Source: a bacterium (lineage in GTDB: Bacteria > UBA8248). From it: DNA of 64,000 nucleotides. This document shows positions 21,650 to 31,797 of this stretch, in pieces. How positions within the stretch are numbered: the stretch's first letter is position 1; each line of letters starts with the position of its first letter. Under the pieces are notes generated by a model. The model was not told where the DNA came from, did no database searches, and saw only the letters and a program-made list of their open reading frames with translations. The translations under genes and the position numbers were made by a program. The stretch spans positions 64,001 through 128,000 of the forward strand of contig CBDATS010000005.1 of assembly GCA_965200245.1 (NCBI GenBank), given 5' to 3'.

Positions 21650-22254
21650 TAATTGCCTTTTTGCTCGTCATCCTTGGCTGCGGTCTGCTGGGCTCCATCC
21701 CCTTCGGTGTGCTGATTACCCGGTTGTTCGGCGCCGTGGATCCGCGTGAATCGGGAAGCGGCAACATCGGTGCGACGAATGTCCTGAGAACGAGTGGATG
21801 GAAAAGCGGGGTGCTGACCCTGTTGCTCGACGTTCTCAAGGGCGTTGTAGCCATCCTCCTCGCCCGTTATGTGGCCGATCACTGTCCTGCTCCCGCCCTG
21901 GAGCCCGTCGCTGCCCTTACAGCAGTGCTTGGGCACATGTATTCGCCGTTCACGGGGTTTCGCGGGGGAAAGGGTGTAGCTACCGGCCTCGGCGTGTTCG
22001 CTCTCCTGACTCCGGGGCCAACAGTCCTCGCCGCACTGGTTTTCATTATCATGGTGGCGGTGACCCGGTACATCTCTATCGGTTCGATGCTTGCCGCGGC
22101 CACGGTACCAATAGCGGGTTATTGGATGAACTACTCCCCTGTGGTATACGCCATATCCGGCGTGGTCTCCCTGTTCGTTATCTGGAAGCATCAGGACAAC
22201 ATCGGTCGATTAATGCGCGGAGAGGAGAACCGCATCGGGCGGAAGAGTGGTTGA
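21646..22254 (+). CDS. plsY: Glycerol-3-phosphate acyltransferase PlsY
   Basis: GSIPFG, GSGNIGATNVLR, GH, FRGGKGVAT, KH..NI.RL..GEE. Confidence 0.95.
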   Translation: MIIAFLLVILGCGLLGSIPFGVLITRLFGAVDPRESGSGNIGATNVLRTSGWKSGVLTLLLDVLKGVVAILLARYVADHCPAPALEPVAALTAVLGHMYSPFTGFRGGKGVATGLGVFALLTPGPTVLAALVFIIMVAVTRYISIGSMLAAATVPIAGYWMNYSPVVYAISGVVSLFVIWKHQDNIGRLMRGEENRIGRKSG

Positions 22255-22324
22255 GGTGTTTTTCATGACGACAGAATTTTCGATACTCCTGATTCGTCGA
22301 TTTTTCTAAACCATTGGAGAGACA

Positions 22325-22690
22325 ATGCTCACGGGTTGTTCCCCCGTTTTTCTTCTCGTCATCCTGGGCATAGGAATCGGGAGCTGGATTTTCGGAAGTC
22401 ACACCGCCGCGAGAATCACCGGGCTTCTGACAGTCACTGTTTTTCTCGTCTACTTCGCCCTTTTGAACTGGACGGCACAAAACCGCCAGAAACAGGAATC
22501 AGACGCTCCACGGGAAAAGGACTTGTATCAGGAAATCACCGGTCCACACGATGGCGGGACGCGCAGGGAATTGTTTACGGAAGACGACAGGGCCGAATGG
22601 CGCAACTACCTGAAAACAGAAGGGAAGATCCTGTGGTTCGGAGTGGCGGGACTTTTACTGGCGCTGTTCTACCTGGCGTTCAAGAACTGA
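22325..22690 (+). CDS. Hypothetical membrane protein (about 3 hydrophobic segments)
   Basis: Fills the gap, GGAG upstream, hydrophobic helices; no family recognised. Confidence 0.6.
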   Translation: MLTGCSPVFLLVILGIGIGSWIFGSHTAARITGLLTVTVFLVYFALLNWTAQNRQKQESDAPREKDLYQEITGPHDGGTRRELFTEDDRAEWRNYLKTEGKILWFGVAGLLLALFYLAFKN

Positions 22691-22715
22691 ATCTCAAGCA
22701 CGGCTCATAAAACCT

Positions 22716-23828
22716 TCAGTTTTGTTCAAAAAACCGAATTACGGTATCGGCTACAAAATCGAGGTCTTGACCCTGTAGTTCAGGATATATGGGAAGCGAC
22801 AATACCTGCGTGGCTACGGCCTCGCTCTCGGGAAAATCCCCTTGCCGATAGGCATCGAAGCAAGGATGGAGATGCAAGGGAGATGAATAATAGATCGCGC
22901 AACCCACTCCGTTTCGCAACAAGTATTCCTGCAGTTTATCCCTCTCGGGCGTCCGAACCGCGTATTGATGAAACACATGACTTTCGCCAGGGATAGAGGG
23001 AAGGACGAACTGCTCCCCGGTAATCCCGCGAGCCTCGAATCTTTCATGATATTTTCGGGCGTTTTCCCGTCTTTTCACGATCCATGCATTCAGATGACCG
23101 AGTTTGACGGACAAAACAGCCGCTTGTATCGTATCCATCCTGAAATTACCGCCTACTTCCATATACTCGGAATTATCCGGCGAACCGTGGATCCTGAGCT
23201 TGCGCATGCGCTCGGCCCGCGCACCGTCTTTGACTAAAACCATACCTGCGTCGCCAAGCGCACTCAGATTTTTCGTGGGATAAAACGACAGACAGCCTGC
23301 ATCACCGGTAGCACCGGCAAAACCCAAACTGGTCCGCGCGCCGACGGCTTGAGCAGCGTCCTCTACCACAAAAAGTCGGTGACGCCCGGCGATTTCCAGA
23401 ATCTCCGCCATCGGCGCACACTGCCCGTACATATGAACGGGTATGATCCCCTTCGTATTCGGTGTAATGACTTGTTCGACGCGCTCGGGCGAAAGATTGA
23501 ACGTTTCGGGGTCGATATCCACCAATACCGGCTTTGCACCCAAGCGATGGATTACGCCCGCAGTGGCGAAAAACGTAAACGCCGATGTGATGATTTCATC
23601 GCCAGGCCCTGCGTCGTACGACATCAAAGCCAGAAGCAGGGCGTCCGTGCCTGAAGAAACGGCGATGGCGTGTTCCGCCTCGCAATAGGCCGCCATCTCT
23701 GACTCGAAAGCACCAATCTCCTCACCCATAACGAACCTCTGGTGGGTCATTACTCTTTCGACCGCTGTCAACATTTGCGCTTTAAGCGGTCCGTTTTGGG
23801 CTTCCAGATCATAAAAGGGTACACGCAT
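22716..23828 (-). CDS. DegT/DnrJ/EryC1/StrS PLP aminotransferase
   Basis: SSGTDAL, PVH.YGQ, EDAAQA.G, SFYPTKNL.A.GDAG, N.R.D..QAA, LSLPIYP. Confidence 0.93.
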   Translation of the reverse strand: MRVPFYDLEAQNGPLKAQMLTAVERVMTHQRFVMGEEIGAFESEMAAYCEAEHAIAVSSGTDALLLALMSYDAGPGDEIITSAFTFFATAGVIHRLGAKPVLVDIDPETFNLSPERVEQVITPNTKGIIPVHMYGQCAPMAEILEIAGRHRLFVVEDAAQAVGARTSLGFAGATGDAGCLSFYPTKNLSALGDAGMVLVKDGARAERMRKLRIHGSPDNSEYMEVGGNFRMDTIQAAVLSVKLGHLNAWIVKRRENARKYHERFEARGITGEQFVLPSIPGESHVFHQYAVRTPERDKLQEYLLRNGVGCAIYYSSPLHLHPCFDAYRQGDFPESEAVATQVLSLPIYPELQGQDLDFVADTVIRFFEQN

Positions 23829-23877
23829 GGAGACTTTCTTTGCCCTATTGACAATTTTCTTGGACGAAACGTACAGG

Positions 23878-23964
23878 TGGTGCCGGAGGCCGGACTCGAA
23901 CCGGCAAGGGGTCGCCCCCGGTGGATTTTGAGTCCACTGCGTCTACCAATTCCGCCACTCCGGC
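23878..23964 (-). tRNA. tRNA-Leu(CAA) with encoded CCA
   Basis: Reverse complement GCCGGAGTGGCGGAATTGGTAGACGCA-GTGGA-CTCAAAA-TCCAC, long variable arm, GGTTCGAGTCC...CTCCGGC-ACCA. Confidence 0.97.
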
Positions 23965-24392
23965 AGAAAGAGGATGTAACTTAGCCTCTCCTCATGCCAT
24001 CTGGCAAGATGCGGTTCACATTTTCACACAAATTCAAGACCCATCCCTCACATTCCGCCTCACTCGAAACCGATACCACTGGCACCTCCAACATCTGGAG
24101 ATGGAATTCTCATTCTTAGCACACAAACAGTGAAGCGTCATTCCGGTTCTTCCATCTTGTCCCGGAACACCTTGAGGTAGTTTCGACAATGGATCCGTTT
24201 GCAAGCGATGCACGCATTGAGATACTCATGCCGGAATCTCAAGTCGTATGCGAGACATTCACGAGTTTCCATGTTTTCGTTTTTTTCGCCTCGCATAGAA
24301 CGCATTCATGGCAGTGGCTTCGAATCTTTGCTACATTTTCTGAAACCAAAATCACCGAATCTTCTGCATTTTTCCGAGAAGGATAATATACC

Positions 24393-25166
24393 ATGATTAT
24401 CGATACAGACCGCCTGGATAATTACGACATCATCGATTTGAGCCATCCTTGGGGACACGGCGCCCCGCTTTGGCCTTATTTCCCCGATCTCAAGATCGAG
24501 CGATTTCACTACCACGCAAAAAGCCAGGTCCTGAGCCAGCAAATCACAACGTTCATGCACTGCACGACCCACACCGATGCGCCTGCACATGTTATCGAGG
24601 GTATGCCGTTCATGGACGAGGTGCCGCTAAGGAGCTATTTCGGCAACGCCGTTTGTGTGGATATCCCCAAAGACGAATGGGAAGTCATTACACCCGAAGA
24701 CCTCGAAAACGCAAGACCCGAGATTCGTCCGGGCGACATCGTAATCGTACATACCGGATGGCATCGCTACTACGGAGACAATACCAAGTACTTCATCTAT
24801 TCCCCCGGTCTCTACAAGGAGGCAGGTGAATGGTTCGTGGAGCGTGGCGTGAAGGGTGTGGGCGTGGACCAGCAGGCGCTCGACCATCCGCTAGGGACGA
24901 AAATCGCGTGGGGCCCCCAGCCTATCTGTCCATTCACGCTGGACGAATACGAACAACGCTTCGACCGCCCCACGAGTGAGGCTTTCCCCTATTGGGAACC
25001 CTGCCACCGTGCGCTTCTGGGAAACGGAATCGTCGGTTTCGAAAATGTGGGGGGAGACATAGAAAAGGTAGTGGGAAAACGATTCGCCCTAGCCGCATTT
25101 CCCTGGCGCTGGACGGGCGGGGACGGCTGTATCGTGCGGATGGTCGCGTTTGTACCGAAAACCTAG
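24393..25166 (+). CDS. Cyclase-family (kynurenine formamidase-like) metallohydrolase
   Basis: IIDLSHP, HCTTHTDAPAH, GDIVIVHTGW, GVD, H..LL..GI..FEN. Confidence 0.88.
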   Translation: MIIDTDRLDNYDIIDLSHPWGHGAPLWPYFPDLKIERFHYHAKSQVLSQQITTFMHCTTHTDAPAHVIEGMPFMDEVPLRSYFGNAVCVDIPKDEWEVITPEDLENARPEIRPGDIVIVHTGWHRYYGDNTKYFIYSPGLYKEAGEWFVERGVKGVGVDQQALDHPLGTKIAWGPQPICPFTLDEYEQRFDRPTSEAFPYWEPCHRALLGNGIVGFENVGGDIEKVVGKRFALAAFPWRWTGGDGCIVRMVAFVPKT

Positions 25167-25495
25167 CCTGCGGCTACCGGTTCGGTTTTTTTCTTGTCGG
25201 ACTGCTTCGAGGTTGCTCCGTCCTTGGGCGCCGTCTCTTTCTTCTCGGCGGACTTGTTCTCTGACTCCGAGTGAGAAACAGGACTCGGGGAATCCTTTTC
25301 TTTGCTCTTGCCGTTTGAGGCGTAATCGGTCACATACCACCCTTCCCCCTTTAGGTGAAAGGCGGAACGGGAGATTTTTCGTCTGAGTCGGAGCGCGCCG
25401 CAACTTGGACATTTCCTAAGCGCGTTGGCTCCCATTCTCTGGATTACTTCGTGCTCATCTCCACATGCGCTGCATTCATACTCGTAAATCGGCAC
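25163..25495 (-). CDS. FmdB-family zinc-ribbon protein
   Basis: MPIYEYECSAC...CPSCG...F.LKG.GWYVTDY plus low-complexity tail. Confidence 0.92.
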   Translation of the reverse strand: MPIYEYECSACGDEHEVIQRMGANALRKCPSCGALRLRRKISRSAFHLKGEGWYVTDYASNGKSKEKDSPSPVSHSESENKSAEKKETAPKDGATSKQSDKKKTEPVAAG

Positions 25496-25514
25496 TTCCC
25501 GTTTCTCCTCGTCG

Positions 25515-26432
25515 TTAAATGAAGGTCAGCCACTCAAGCTTGCTCTCGTCGTGTCCATTCACGATCTCGAAAAATGCGAACTGGATCCTTTTCGTTATCG
25601 GGCCCGGCTCTCCCGCGCCGATGGCTCTGCCGTCCACTTCCCGAATGGGAGTCACCTCCGCCGCTGTGCCCGTAAAGAAAGCTTCATCCGCCACATAGAC
25701 TTCATCGCGGGCGAAGGGAGCGACCTGCAATTCCAGGCCCTGTTCATCGGCGAGTTGAACGACCGTGTCGCGCGTAATACCTGCCAGTACGCCATGAAGC
25801 GGCGGCGTCTTGAGCACTCCGTCTCTGACGATAAAAATGTTCTCGCCAGAGCCCTGCGCCACCAGACCCTCCGGGTCGAGCATGAGCGCCTCGTCATACC
25901 CGGCATTGACAGCCTCGAGTTTCGCCATCTGGCTCACGGCATAGTTGCCTGTGGTTTTTGCCTTGGTCATGTAGCTGTTCGGATGATGGGACGTGAAGGA
26001 CGAAACCTTGACCCTGATACCGTTGGCCAGTCCCTGTTCGCCCAAATACGCCCCCCAGTTCCATACGGCCACCATTGCATGGGTGGTCGACCCCTTGGGA
26101 TTTACCCCCATGGAGCCATAACCAAGCCAGATCAGCGGGCGAATATAACACGCCTCCATCCGGTTCGTTCGAACCGTCTCCAGTACCGCCTGGGTGAAAT
26201 CAGCCTGGGAGACAGGCACACCAAGACCAACGATCTGCACGGAATCATAGAGTCTCCGCATGTGCTCCTCGAGGCGGAAGACGGCTGATCCACGCTCGGT
26301 CCAGTAGCAACGAATACCTTCGAATACCCCCAATCCATAGTGCAGCGAGTGCGTGAGGACATGAATCCTGGCTTCATCCCAGGGGACGAACTCTCCATCC
26401 ATCCAAATTTTCTCTGTTGCGCCTTCCAACAA
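25515..26432 (-). CDS. ilvE: Branched-chain amino acid aminotransferase
   Basis: HSLHYGLGVFEGIR, YIRP, AK..GNY, GENIF, GITRDT, FFTGTAAEVTPI; start moved to TTG 26432 (GGAGGG RBS). Confidence 0.94.
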   Translation of the reverse strand: MLEGATEKIWMDGEFVPWDEARIHVLTHSLHYGLGVFEGIRCYWTERGSAVFRLEEHMRRLYDSVQIVGLGVPVSQADFTQAVLETVRTNRMEACYIRPLIWLGYGSMGVNPKGSTTHAMVAVWNWGAYLGEQGLANGIRVKVSSFTSHHPNSYMTKAKTTGNYAVSQMAKLEAVNAGYDEALMLDPEGLVAQGSGENIFIVRDGVLKTPPLHGVLAGITRDTVVQLADEQGLELQVAPFARDEVYVADEAFFTGTAAEVTPIREVDGRAIGAGEPGPITKRIQFAFFEIVNGHDESKLEWLTFI

Positions 26433-26487
26433 AAACACCCTCCAGCACTGTGGGATTGTGAAATCCGGAACTTTGGACAACCCGCGA

Positions 26488-26517
26488 ATTATAGTGATTC
26501 GAGACGGATTGACGCAA
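26488..26517 (-). promoter_or_regulatory. Candidate sigma70 promoter for ilvE
   Basis: TTGCGT-18 nt-TATAAT on the minus strand. Confidence 0.55.
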
Positions 26518-26559
26518 GCCTCCGGAACTAATAAATCATGCGCAATTCCCCGATCCGGT

Positions 26560-27543
26560 TCAATCTTTGTACACCTCGGGATTCAGCAGCGTCTTGGGAT
26601 TTACCCGCTCCCCCTTCATCACGGCAAGAACGTTTTCTCCAGCCAGCCGGTTTACGCGCTCGCGTGCCTGGTGGCTCGCACCTGCGAAGTGGGGCGTCAC
26701 CACTGCGTTCGGGAGAGAAAACAGGGGATTCCCGGCGTTCGGGGGCTCTTCCTCGAAGACATCGATACCGGCCGATGCGATTTCGCCTTCCTCAAGCGCA
26801 CGAACCAGTGCCGCCTCGTCGACAATCGCACCGCGAGCGCAGTTCACGAGCACCGCCGATTCTTTCATTAATCGAAATCTTCGCGCATCGAACATGTAGC
26901 GCGTCTCGGGTGTAAGACTGCAATGGATCGACACGAAATCGGACTCGCTCGTCAACCTGTCCAGGTCTACCGGCTCCACACCCGCCTCGCGTATCACCTC
27001 ATCACTCACGAACGCGTCATACACCAGGACGCTACCCTGAAAACCGGAAAGCAGCCGAGCCAGTTCCCGCCCGATGTTTCCAAAGCCGACGATGCCGAAC
27101 GTCGCCCCGCTCATTTCGTTGGCGACCCAGATGTCCTCGCGCCAACCCCCTTGACGCAGCTTATCCATCCCCTGCGGAATCCGGCGGCTCGCGGCCAGCA
27201 TCAACCCGAGAGATGCTTCTGCAACGGCGACGGCGTTGGCGCCCGGGCAATTCGTCACTGGAATATTTCGTCTCGTCGCGGCGGGAATATCTATATTTTC
27301 CACACCTACACCGATCTTGGCGATGAGCCTCAGGCGCGTTGCGGAGTCTATGACCCGCTCGGTAATCTGCTCTCTCGAGGTTACCAGTATGGCGTCCCAC
27401 TCATGGGCGTCACGAACCAACTCGTCTTCAGTCCATTTGCTGTTGCCGCCGTCACGAAACTCGCCATAAGGTTCGAGCATATTTCGCAGTGATTCGATGG
27501 GCGCGCGCGCCTCGGGTACAAAAAAAACGACGTTCCGGTTCAA
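26560..27543 (-). CDS. D-2-hydroxyacid dehydrogenase (SerA-like, no ACT domain)
   Basis: GVGVENID, NA.AVAE, GFGNIG, NCARG, DVFEEEP, TPHFAG; TTG start with GGAGG. Confidence 0.9.
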   Translation of the reverse strand: MNRNVVFFVPEARAPIESLRNMLEPYGEFRDGGNSKWTEDELVRDAHEWDAILVTSREQITERVIDSATRLRLIAKIGVGVENIDIPAATRRNIPVTNCPGANAVAVAEASLGLMLAASRRIPQGMDKLRQGGWREDIWVANEMSGATFGIVGFGNIGRELARLLSGFQGSVLVYDAFVSDEVIREAGVEPVDLDRLTSESDFVSIHCSLTPETRYMFDARRFRLMKESAVLVNCARGAIVDEAALVRALEEGEIASAGIDVFEEEPPNAGNPLFSLPNAVVTPHFAGASHQARERVNRLAGENVLAVMKGERVNPKTLLNPEVYKD

Positions 27544-27580
27544 AAACCATCCTCCATTCAGACTAACGCGAGACAGGCGG

Positions 27581-28378
27581 CTAAGTGCCGACAATCAATG
27601 TGGATGTTCGATCTCTGAGGAAGGAAAATGTCGAGAGATACGTCAAGATGCCCGTTCGATAATTCTCGGAAGGTACATTCTCAATACGAATGAAAGAGCG
27701 CCCGAATTCTCCCACCGCTTCGACTTCGTGGATGTTCCGATTTGCCGTGGGGTCGCAAACGACCCGCATCTTCGTCCTATGCGACCCGATGCCCGCCAAG
27801 CTCACGGCGGCGGAAACATTCACATTGGCCGGAAACGCCTTGCACGCCTCCAGGGGGGTGCCCTCAAAAATCACCGTAGGCTCATCGATAGCGTCGAGAT
27901 CGATGCCCTGATCTTTGATATAAGGGGCTCCTTTCAGGCTCGCAGGCGGTTTTCGCGTCGTCATGATGACTGATTCCATCTGGCCGGCCGATGCCCCCTT
28001 GAGGCCGTCAAGACCGATAATGGCGCCCGAGGGAACGAATATTCGCGAACCTCCCCGCTTCGCTTCCTCAATCAGATCTTCACGCTCCAGAAGCGCTCCC
28101 ACGGAATTGATAATCACATCTTTTCCACGTGCAAAACTCTCATGACAGATCGCCTCCACGGTGTCTCCACCCGATGCTTCCATCACGATGTCCACCGCCT
28201 GCGCCACGCCCGTCAGATCCGTCATGCGCGGTGGATTCTTGAGATCCGCCAGAAAACCTTCCACTTTCTCGAGCGTCCGGGTCGAGGCGACCGGTACATC
28301 GACAGGCACTCTGCCCTCATCCGCGGCCTTCACCACAGCCTTGCCAATAACACCCAAGCCCACAACGCCCAGTTTCAT
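27581..28378 (-). CDS. L-aspartate dehydrogenase-like (NadX family) protein
   Basis: GLGVIG, SVGAL, PSGAI.GLD, TRKPP, FPANVNVSA, NIHEV. Confidence 0.85.
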   Translation of the reverse strand: MKLGVVGLGVIGKAVVKAADEGRVPVDVPVASTRTLEKVEGFLADLKNPPRMTDLTGVAQAVDIVMEASGGDTVEAICHESFARGKDVIINSVGALLEREDLIEEAKRGGSRIFVPSGAIIGLDGLKGASAGQMESVIMTTRKPPASLKGAPYIKDQGIDLDAIDEPTVIFEGTPLEACKAFPANVNVSAAVSLAGIGSHRTKMRVVCDPTANRNIHEVEAVGEFGRSFIRIENVPSENYRTGILTYLSTFSFLRDRTSTLIVGT

Positions 28379-28460
28379 AACAATTTCCAAAAGATACAGG
28401 TTTTATTACAATGATTTTACTCGATACAATTCACCCACAGAGTCAACATGCTCAAGCAGG

Positions 28461-29534
28461 CTATTCAATGCGGCTCCCCAGACTGAGACGCCAATGATCC
28501 GCCAATACGAGCGCCATCATTGCTTCCCCTATCGGCACCGCCCGTGTTGCCACGCACGGGTCGTGTCGTCCCTCCACTCTCACGGTCGTTTTCTTTCCAG
28601 AGACCGTCACCGTATCCTGCTCGATCAGAATGGAAGAAGTCGGCTTCACGACAAATCGAACCACAACGGGCGCGCCCGTGGATATGCCGCCCAGAATTCC
28701 ACCCGCGTTGTTCGTCTTCACCCCTGTCTCTCCGTTTTTCATTTCGAATGGATCGTTGTTCTCGGACCCCCACATACCTGCGGCCCGGAAGCCCGACCCA
28801 ATCTCGATCCCCTTCACTGCGTTGATGCTCATCATCGCCGCCGCAAGATCGGAGTCAAGACGCCCGTAAAGCGGCTCTCCCCAGCCCGCGGGAACGCCGT
28901 CGGCCCGTACCGTGATGGTCCCGCCCACGGAATCGCCCGCCTTTCTGGCATCCAGGATGGCTGCCTCCATCCGGGACGCTGTTTCCGCGTCCGGGCAACG
29001 CACGGCGTTTCGCTCTATTTCTTCCGCGTCGAAATGCACACCATCCCAGCGAACCTCCGCCACCTGATCGACATAACCCAAAATCGTTATACCAAGACAC
29101 GCGAGGAGTTTTTTGGCTATCGCTCCCGCCGCGACACGCGCGGCCGTCTCTCGCGCGCTAGAGCGCCCACCTCCCCGGTGGTCGCGGATCCCCCATTTTC
29201 GAATATAGGTAAAATCCGCATGTCCCGGGCGAAACAAGTGACGCAGAGGTTCATATTTGCTCGAATCGGCGTCCTTGTTCCGAATGAGTACTGAAATGGG
29301 ATGTCCGGTCGTCAAACCTTCGAAGATTCCGGATAAAATTTCGGCGCGGTCCTCCTCCTTGCGCTGGGTTGTCACTCGGCTCTGACCCGGCCGCCTGCGA
29401 TCCAAATCCCGCTGGAGGTCAGATTCATCAAGCGGCAAGCCTGCCGGACAGCCATCCACCACGACGCCCAGAGCGGGGCCGTGAGACTCTCCCCAGGTGG
29501 TAATGCGAAACAAACGGCCAAACGTGTTCGACAC
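28461..29534 (-). CDS. aroC: Chorismate synthase
   Basis: [35 protein letters not shown]. Confidence 0.97.
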   Translation of the reverse strand: MSNTFGRLFRITTWGESHGPALGVVVDGCPAGLPLDESDLQRDLDRRRPGQSRVTTQRKEEDRAEILSGIFEGLTTGHPISVLIRNKDADSSKYEPLRHLFRPGHADFTYIRKWGIRDHRGGGRSSARETAARVAAGAIAKKLLACLGITILGYVDQVAEVRWDGVHFDAEEIERNAVRCPDAETASRMEAAILDARKAGDSVGGTITVRADGVPAGWGEPLYGRLDSDLAAAMMSINAVKGIEIGSGFRAAGMWGSENNDPFEMKNGETGVKTNNAGGILGGISTGAPVVVRFVVKPTSSILIEQDTVTVSGKKTTVRVEGRHDPCVATRAVPIGEAMMALVLADHWRLSLGSRIE

Positions 29535-29545
29535 GATCTTCCTCT

Positions 29546-30085
29546 CTAGCTCTCGGGCTGAGACAGCACCGCGCGTATTTCCGGAAGAACAGCCGCGACA
29601 ACCTTCTCTGGTGCGCTTGTGTTTTCCGCGACCAAACTTGCGAGTTCTTCATACCGTGGAATGCGTTTTTTGAAAAGCAGACGCAAAGCTTCCTCTGGTT
29701 TCGCCTCGTTTTCAAGATAAGCCGGCCAGCCATCCGCACGCACCCTCTTGATGATCTCATCCTCACCCACCTGAAGATAAACCACACAATGGGAAGAAAG
29801 CAGAGTATCGACACCAATCATCATCGGGGTTCCGCCGCCAAGTGCCAATACGAGATTGTCCCGTTCCAATTGCTCGCGAAGCAAGTGAATTTCCAGCGAG
29901 CGGAAGGATTCTTCCCCCCTCGTTCTGAAAACTTCGCGAAATCCCAGTAGTTCACCCGTTTCCTGAAAATGTTCTTGCTCGATTAAGTGGTCGAGATCGT
30001 GAAAGGAGAACCCCATTTTCTCGGCGAGCAAGGGCCCGATTGTAGATTTTCCGCACCCCTTGAAACCGATGAGCACGACGCTCAA
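29546..30085 (-). CDS. aroK: Shikimate kinase
   Basis: [10 protein letters not shown]-loop, GEE.FR..E, LGGG, R...Y; next to aroC. Confidence 0.9.
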   Translation of the reverse strand: MSVVLIGFKGCGKSTIGPLLAEKMGFSFHDLDHLIEQEHFQETGELLGFREVFRTRGEESFRSLEIHLLREQLERDNLVLALGGGTPMMIGVDTLLSSHCVVYLQVGEDEIIKRVRADGWPAYLENEAKPEEALRLLFKKRIPRYEELASLVAENTSAPEKVVAAVLPEIRAVLSQPES

Positions 30086-31071
30086 GAGGAACCCTCCGCA
30101 TGTGACTCCAGTTTCAGATACCGGGACACCAAATCATAGGCCTCCCCCAACAAAACCTTGAAATCTTTCTCCAGCGGATCCAACCAATTCACTCCCTTCC
30201 GCTTTTGAAACCAAGTGCGCTGTCTTTTGGCGTAACTGCGGTGCAGTTTGGATATTTGACGCACCGCCTCATCCTCGGTTATCTGCCCATTGCGCAACGC
30301 GAGGGCTTCCCGGAACCCAAGACCCTCGAAAACCCGTGCGTCGGTGAGATTCTTTTCTACCAGCATCGCCACTTCTTCCAGCATACCGCCAGCAAGCATC
30401 CGCTGCACCCTGCGCTCGATTCGTTCGGCAAGGACAGATGCAGGGTATCTGAGACCAATATACAACGGAGACGGAAACCTCGGCGCCTTTTGCTTCGCGA
30501 GCAAACGTGAAACCGGCCGTCCTGTCGCCTCGTACACCTCCAAGGCGCGAACCACCCGCCTGAGATCATTCGGGTGCAGTTTAGAAGCAGTTTCCGGGTC
30601 GACGGCGGCGAGTCGTTCGTGCATGGCAGCATACCCACGTCTGGAAGCTTCCGCCTCCAATTTCCCCCTGATTTCCGGCTGCGCTTCGGGCCCGTCAAAT
30701 AATCCCTCCACCAAAGCGCGGATATACAAGCCGCTGCCTCCCACCACCAGGGGGTACACGCTTCTGCGATACATATCCTCTATGCAAAGAGTCGCCTCAT
30801 CCGCGTAGCGCACCGCGCTATATGTCTCCCCCATATCTGCGACGCCAATCATGTGATGCGGCACTCCGCCGCGTTCACTCAAAGTGGGCTTGGCGGTACC
30901 CACGCCTATGTCACGATATATCTGTCTGGCATCGGCGCCGACTATTTCCAGAGATATACCCTCTTTCCGGAAGCGCCTGGAAAGCGCCACACTGAAAGCC
31001 GTTTTCCCGGAACACGTGGTGCCAACCACGAGGATGATGGGACGAGAATTTCGCGATGACGCTGAGTTCAT
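30082..31071 (-). CDS. miaA: tRNA dimethylallyltransferase
   Basis: GTTCSGKT, D..QIY....GTAKP, VGGSGLY, R.VRALEV, YAKRQRTWF. Confidence 0.95.
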   Translation of the reverse strand: MNSASSRNSRPIILVVGTTCSGKTAFSVALSRRFRKEGISLEIVGADARQIYRDIGVGTAKPTLSERGGVPHHMIGVADMGETYSAVRYADEATLCIEDMYRRSVYPLVVGGSGLYIRALVEGLFDGPEAQPEIRGKLEAEASRRGYAAMHERLAAVDPETASKLHPNDLRRVVRALEVYEATGRPVSRLLAKQKAPRFPSPLYIGLRYPASVLAERIERRVQRMLAGGMLEEVAMLVEKNLTDARVFEGLGFREALALRNGQITEDEAVRQISKLHRSYAKRQRTWFQKRKGVNWLDPLEKDFKVLLGEAYDLVSRYLKLESHAEGSS

Positions 31072-31188
31072 AGGTTTGGAACTTCACGCGAGGGAAAGTC
31101 GTTACAACGGAGGAGAAAAGCGTCCCGAAAACACTTCACATACAGACCGGGAACGAAAATGAGCCCCAAGAGCTGTTTCGCGGTAAAG

Positions 31189-31716
31189 TCAAATCGCTTC
31201 GAGCGCATCCTGAAACGAGGCCAGGTCAGCATCCGAGAACAGCGCAAACTCTATACGTGTAAGGGTACCCGACGCTGTTTGCAGGTGATCCACGCAGACT
31301 CCAAGCATGCGAGAGGCGACCATATTCACATCCAGTCCCCCGACACCGGTTCCAATGGCGGGAAACGCGATACTGTCCAGAGAATTCTCCTCGGCCACGT
31401 CAAGGCTCGCACGTGTGCAGGCTTCCGTTTTTTCAAGAGATGCTTGCAGGTCGGGCCCCATTCCCGCCGCATGTATCACATGTTTTACGGGGAGCCTGCC
31501 TGCTCCCGTGATCACAGCATCTCCAACATCAATCGGACCCTTGGAAACCGCCTCAGTCTCTATCACTTCCCCGCCCTTCCTCTTGATAGCACCCGCCACG
31601 CCTGCGCCCATCCAGAGATGATTGTTGGCCGCGTTCACAATGGCGTCCACATCGGATACGGTGATGTCACCCTGCCGAAGAAACACGCATCCACGACCGA
31701 AGCGCTTTTGATTCAT
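31189..31716 (-). CDS. Macrodomain protein (MacroD/YmdB-like ADP-ribose binding or hydrolase)
   Basis: GDIT..VDAIVNAAN...GAGVAGAI, VIHA, SIAFPAIGTGVGG. Confidence 0.92.
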   Translation of the reverse strand: MNQKRFGRGCVFLRQGDITVSDVDAIVNAANNHLWMGAGVAGAIKRKGGEVIETEAVSKGPIDVGDAVITGAGRLPVKHVIHAAGMGPDLQASLEKTEACTRASLDVAEENSLDSIAFPAIGTGVGGLDVNMVASRMLGVCVDHLQTASGTLTRIEFALFSDADLASFQDALEAI

Positions 31717-31797
31717 GAGAAAATTCCGATCAGGCAGGACTGTCCAAGTAAAACCTTACCTGAAACTGCTTAATCAGGAGAGATATTCATTCTCCAG

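Noticed and set aside
23829-23964. tRNA-Leu as an island integration site
   Set aside because: No integrase and no duplicated tRNA 3' end noticed; followed directly by an ordinary DegT gene
24309-24332. Sigma-54-like TGGC...TTGCT upstream of the cyclase gene
   Set aside because: GG-to-GC spacing is 12 nt, not the required 10
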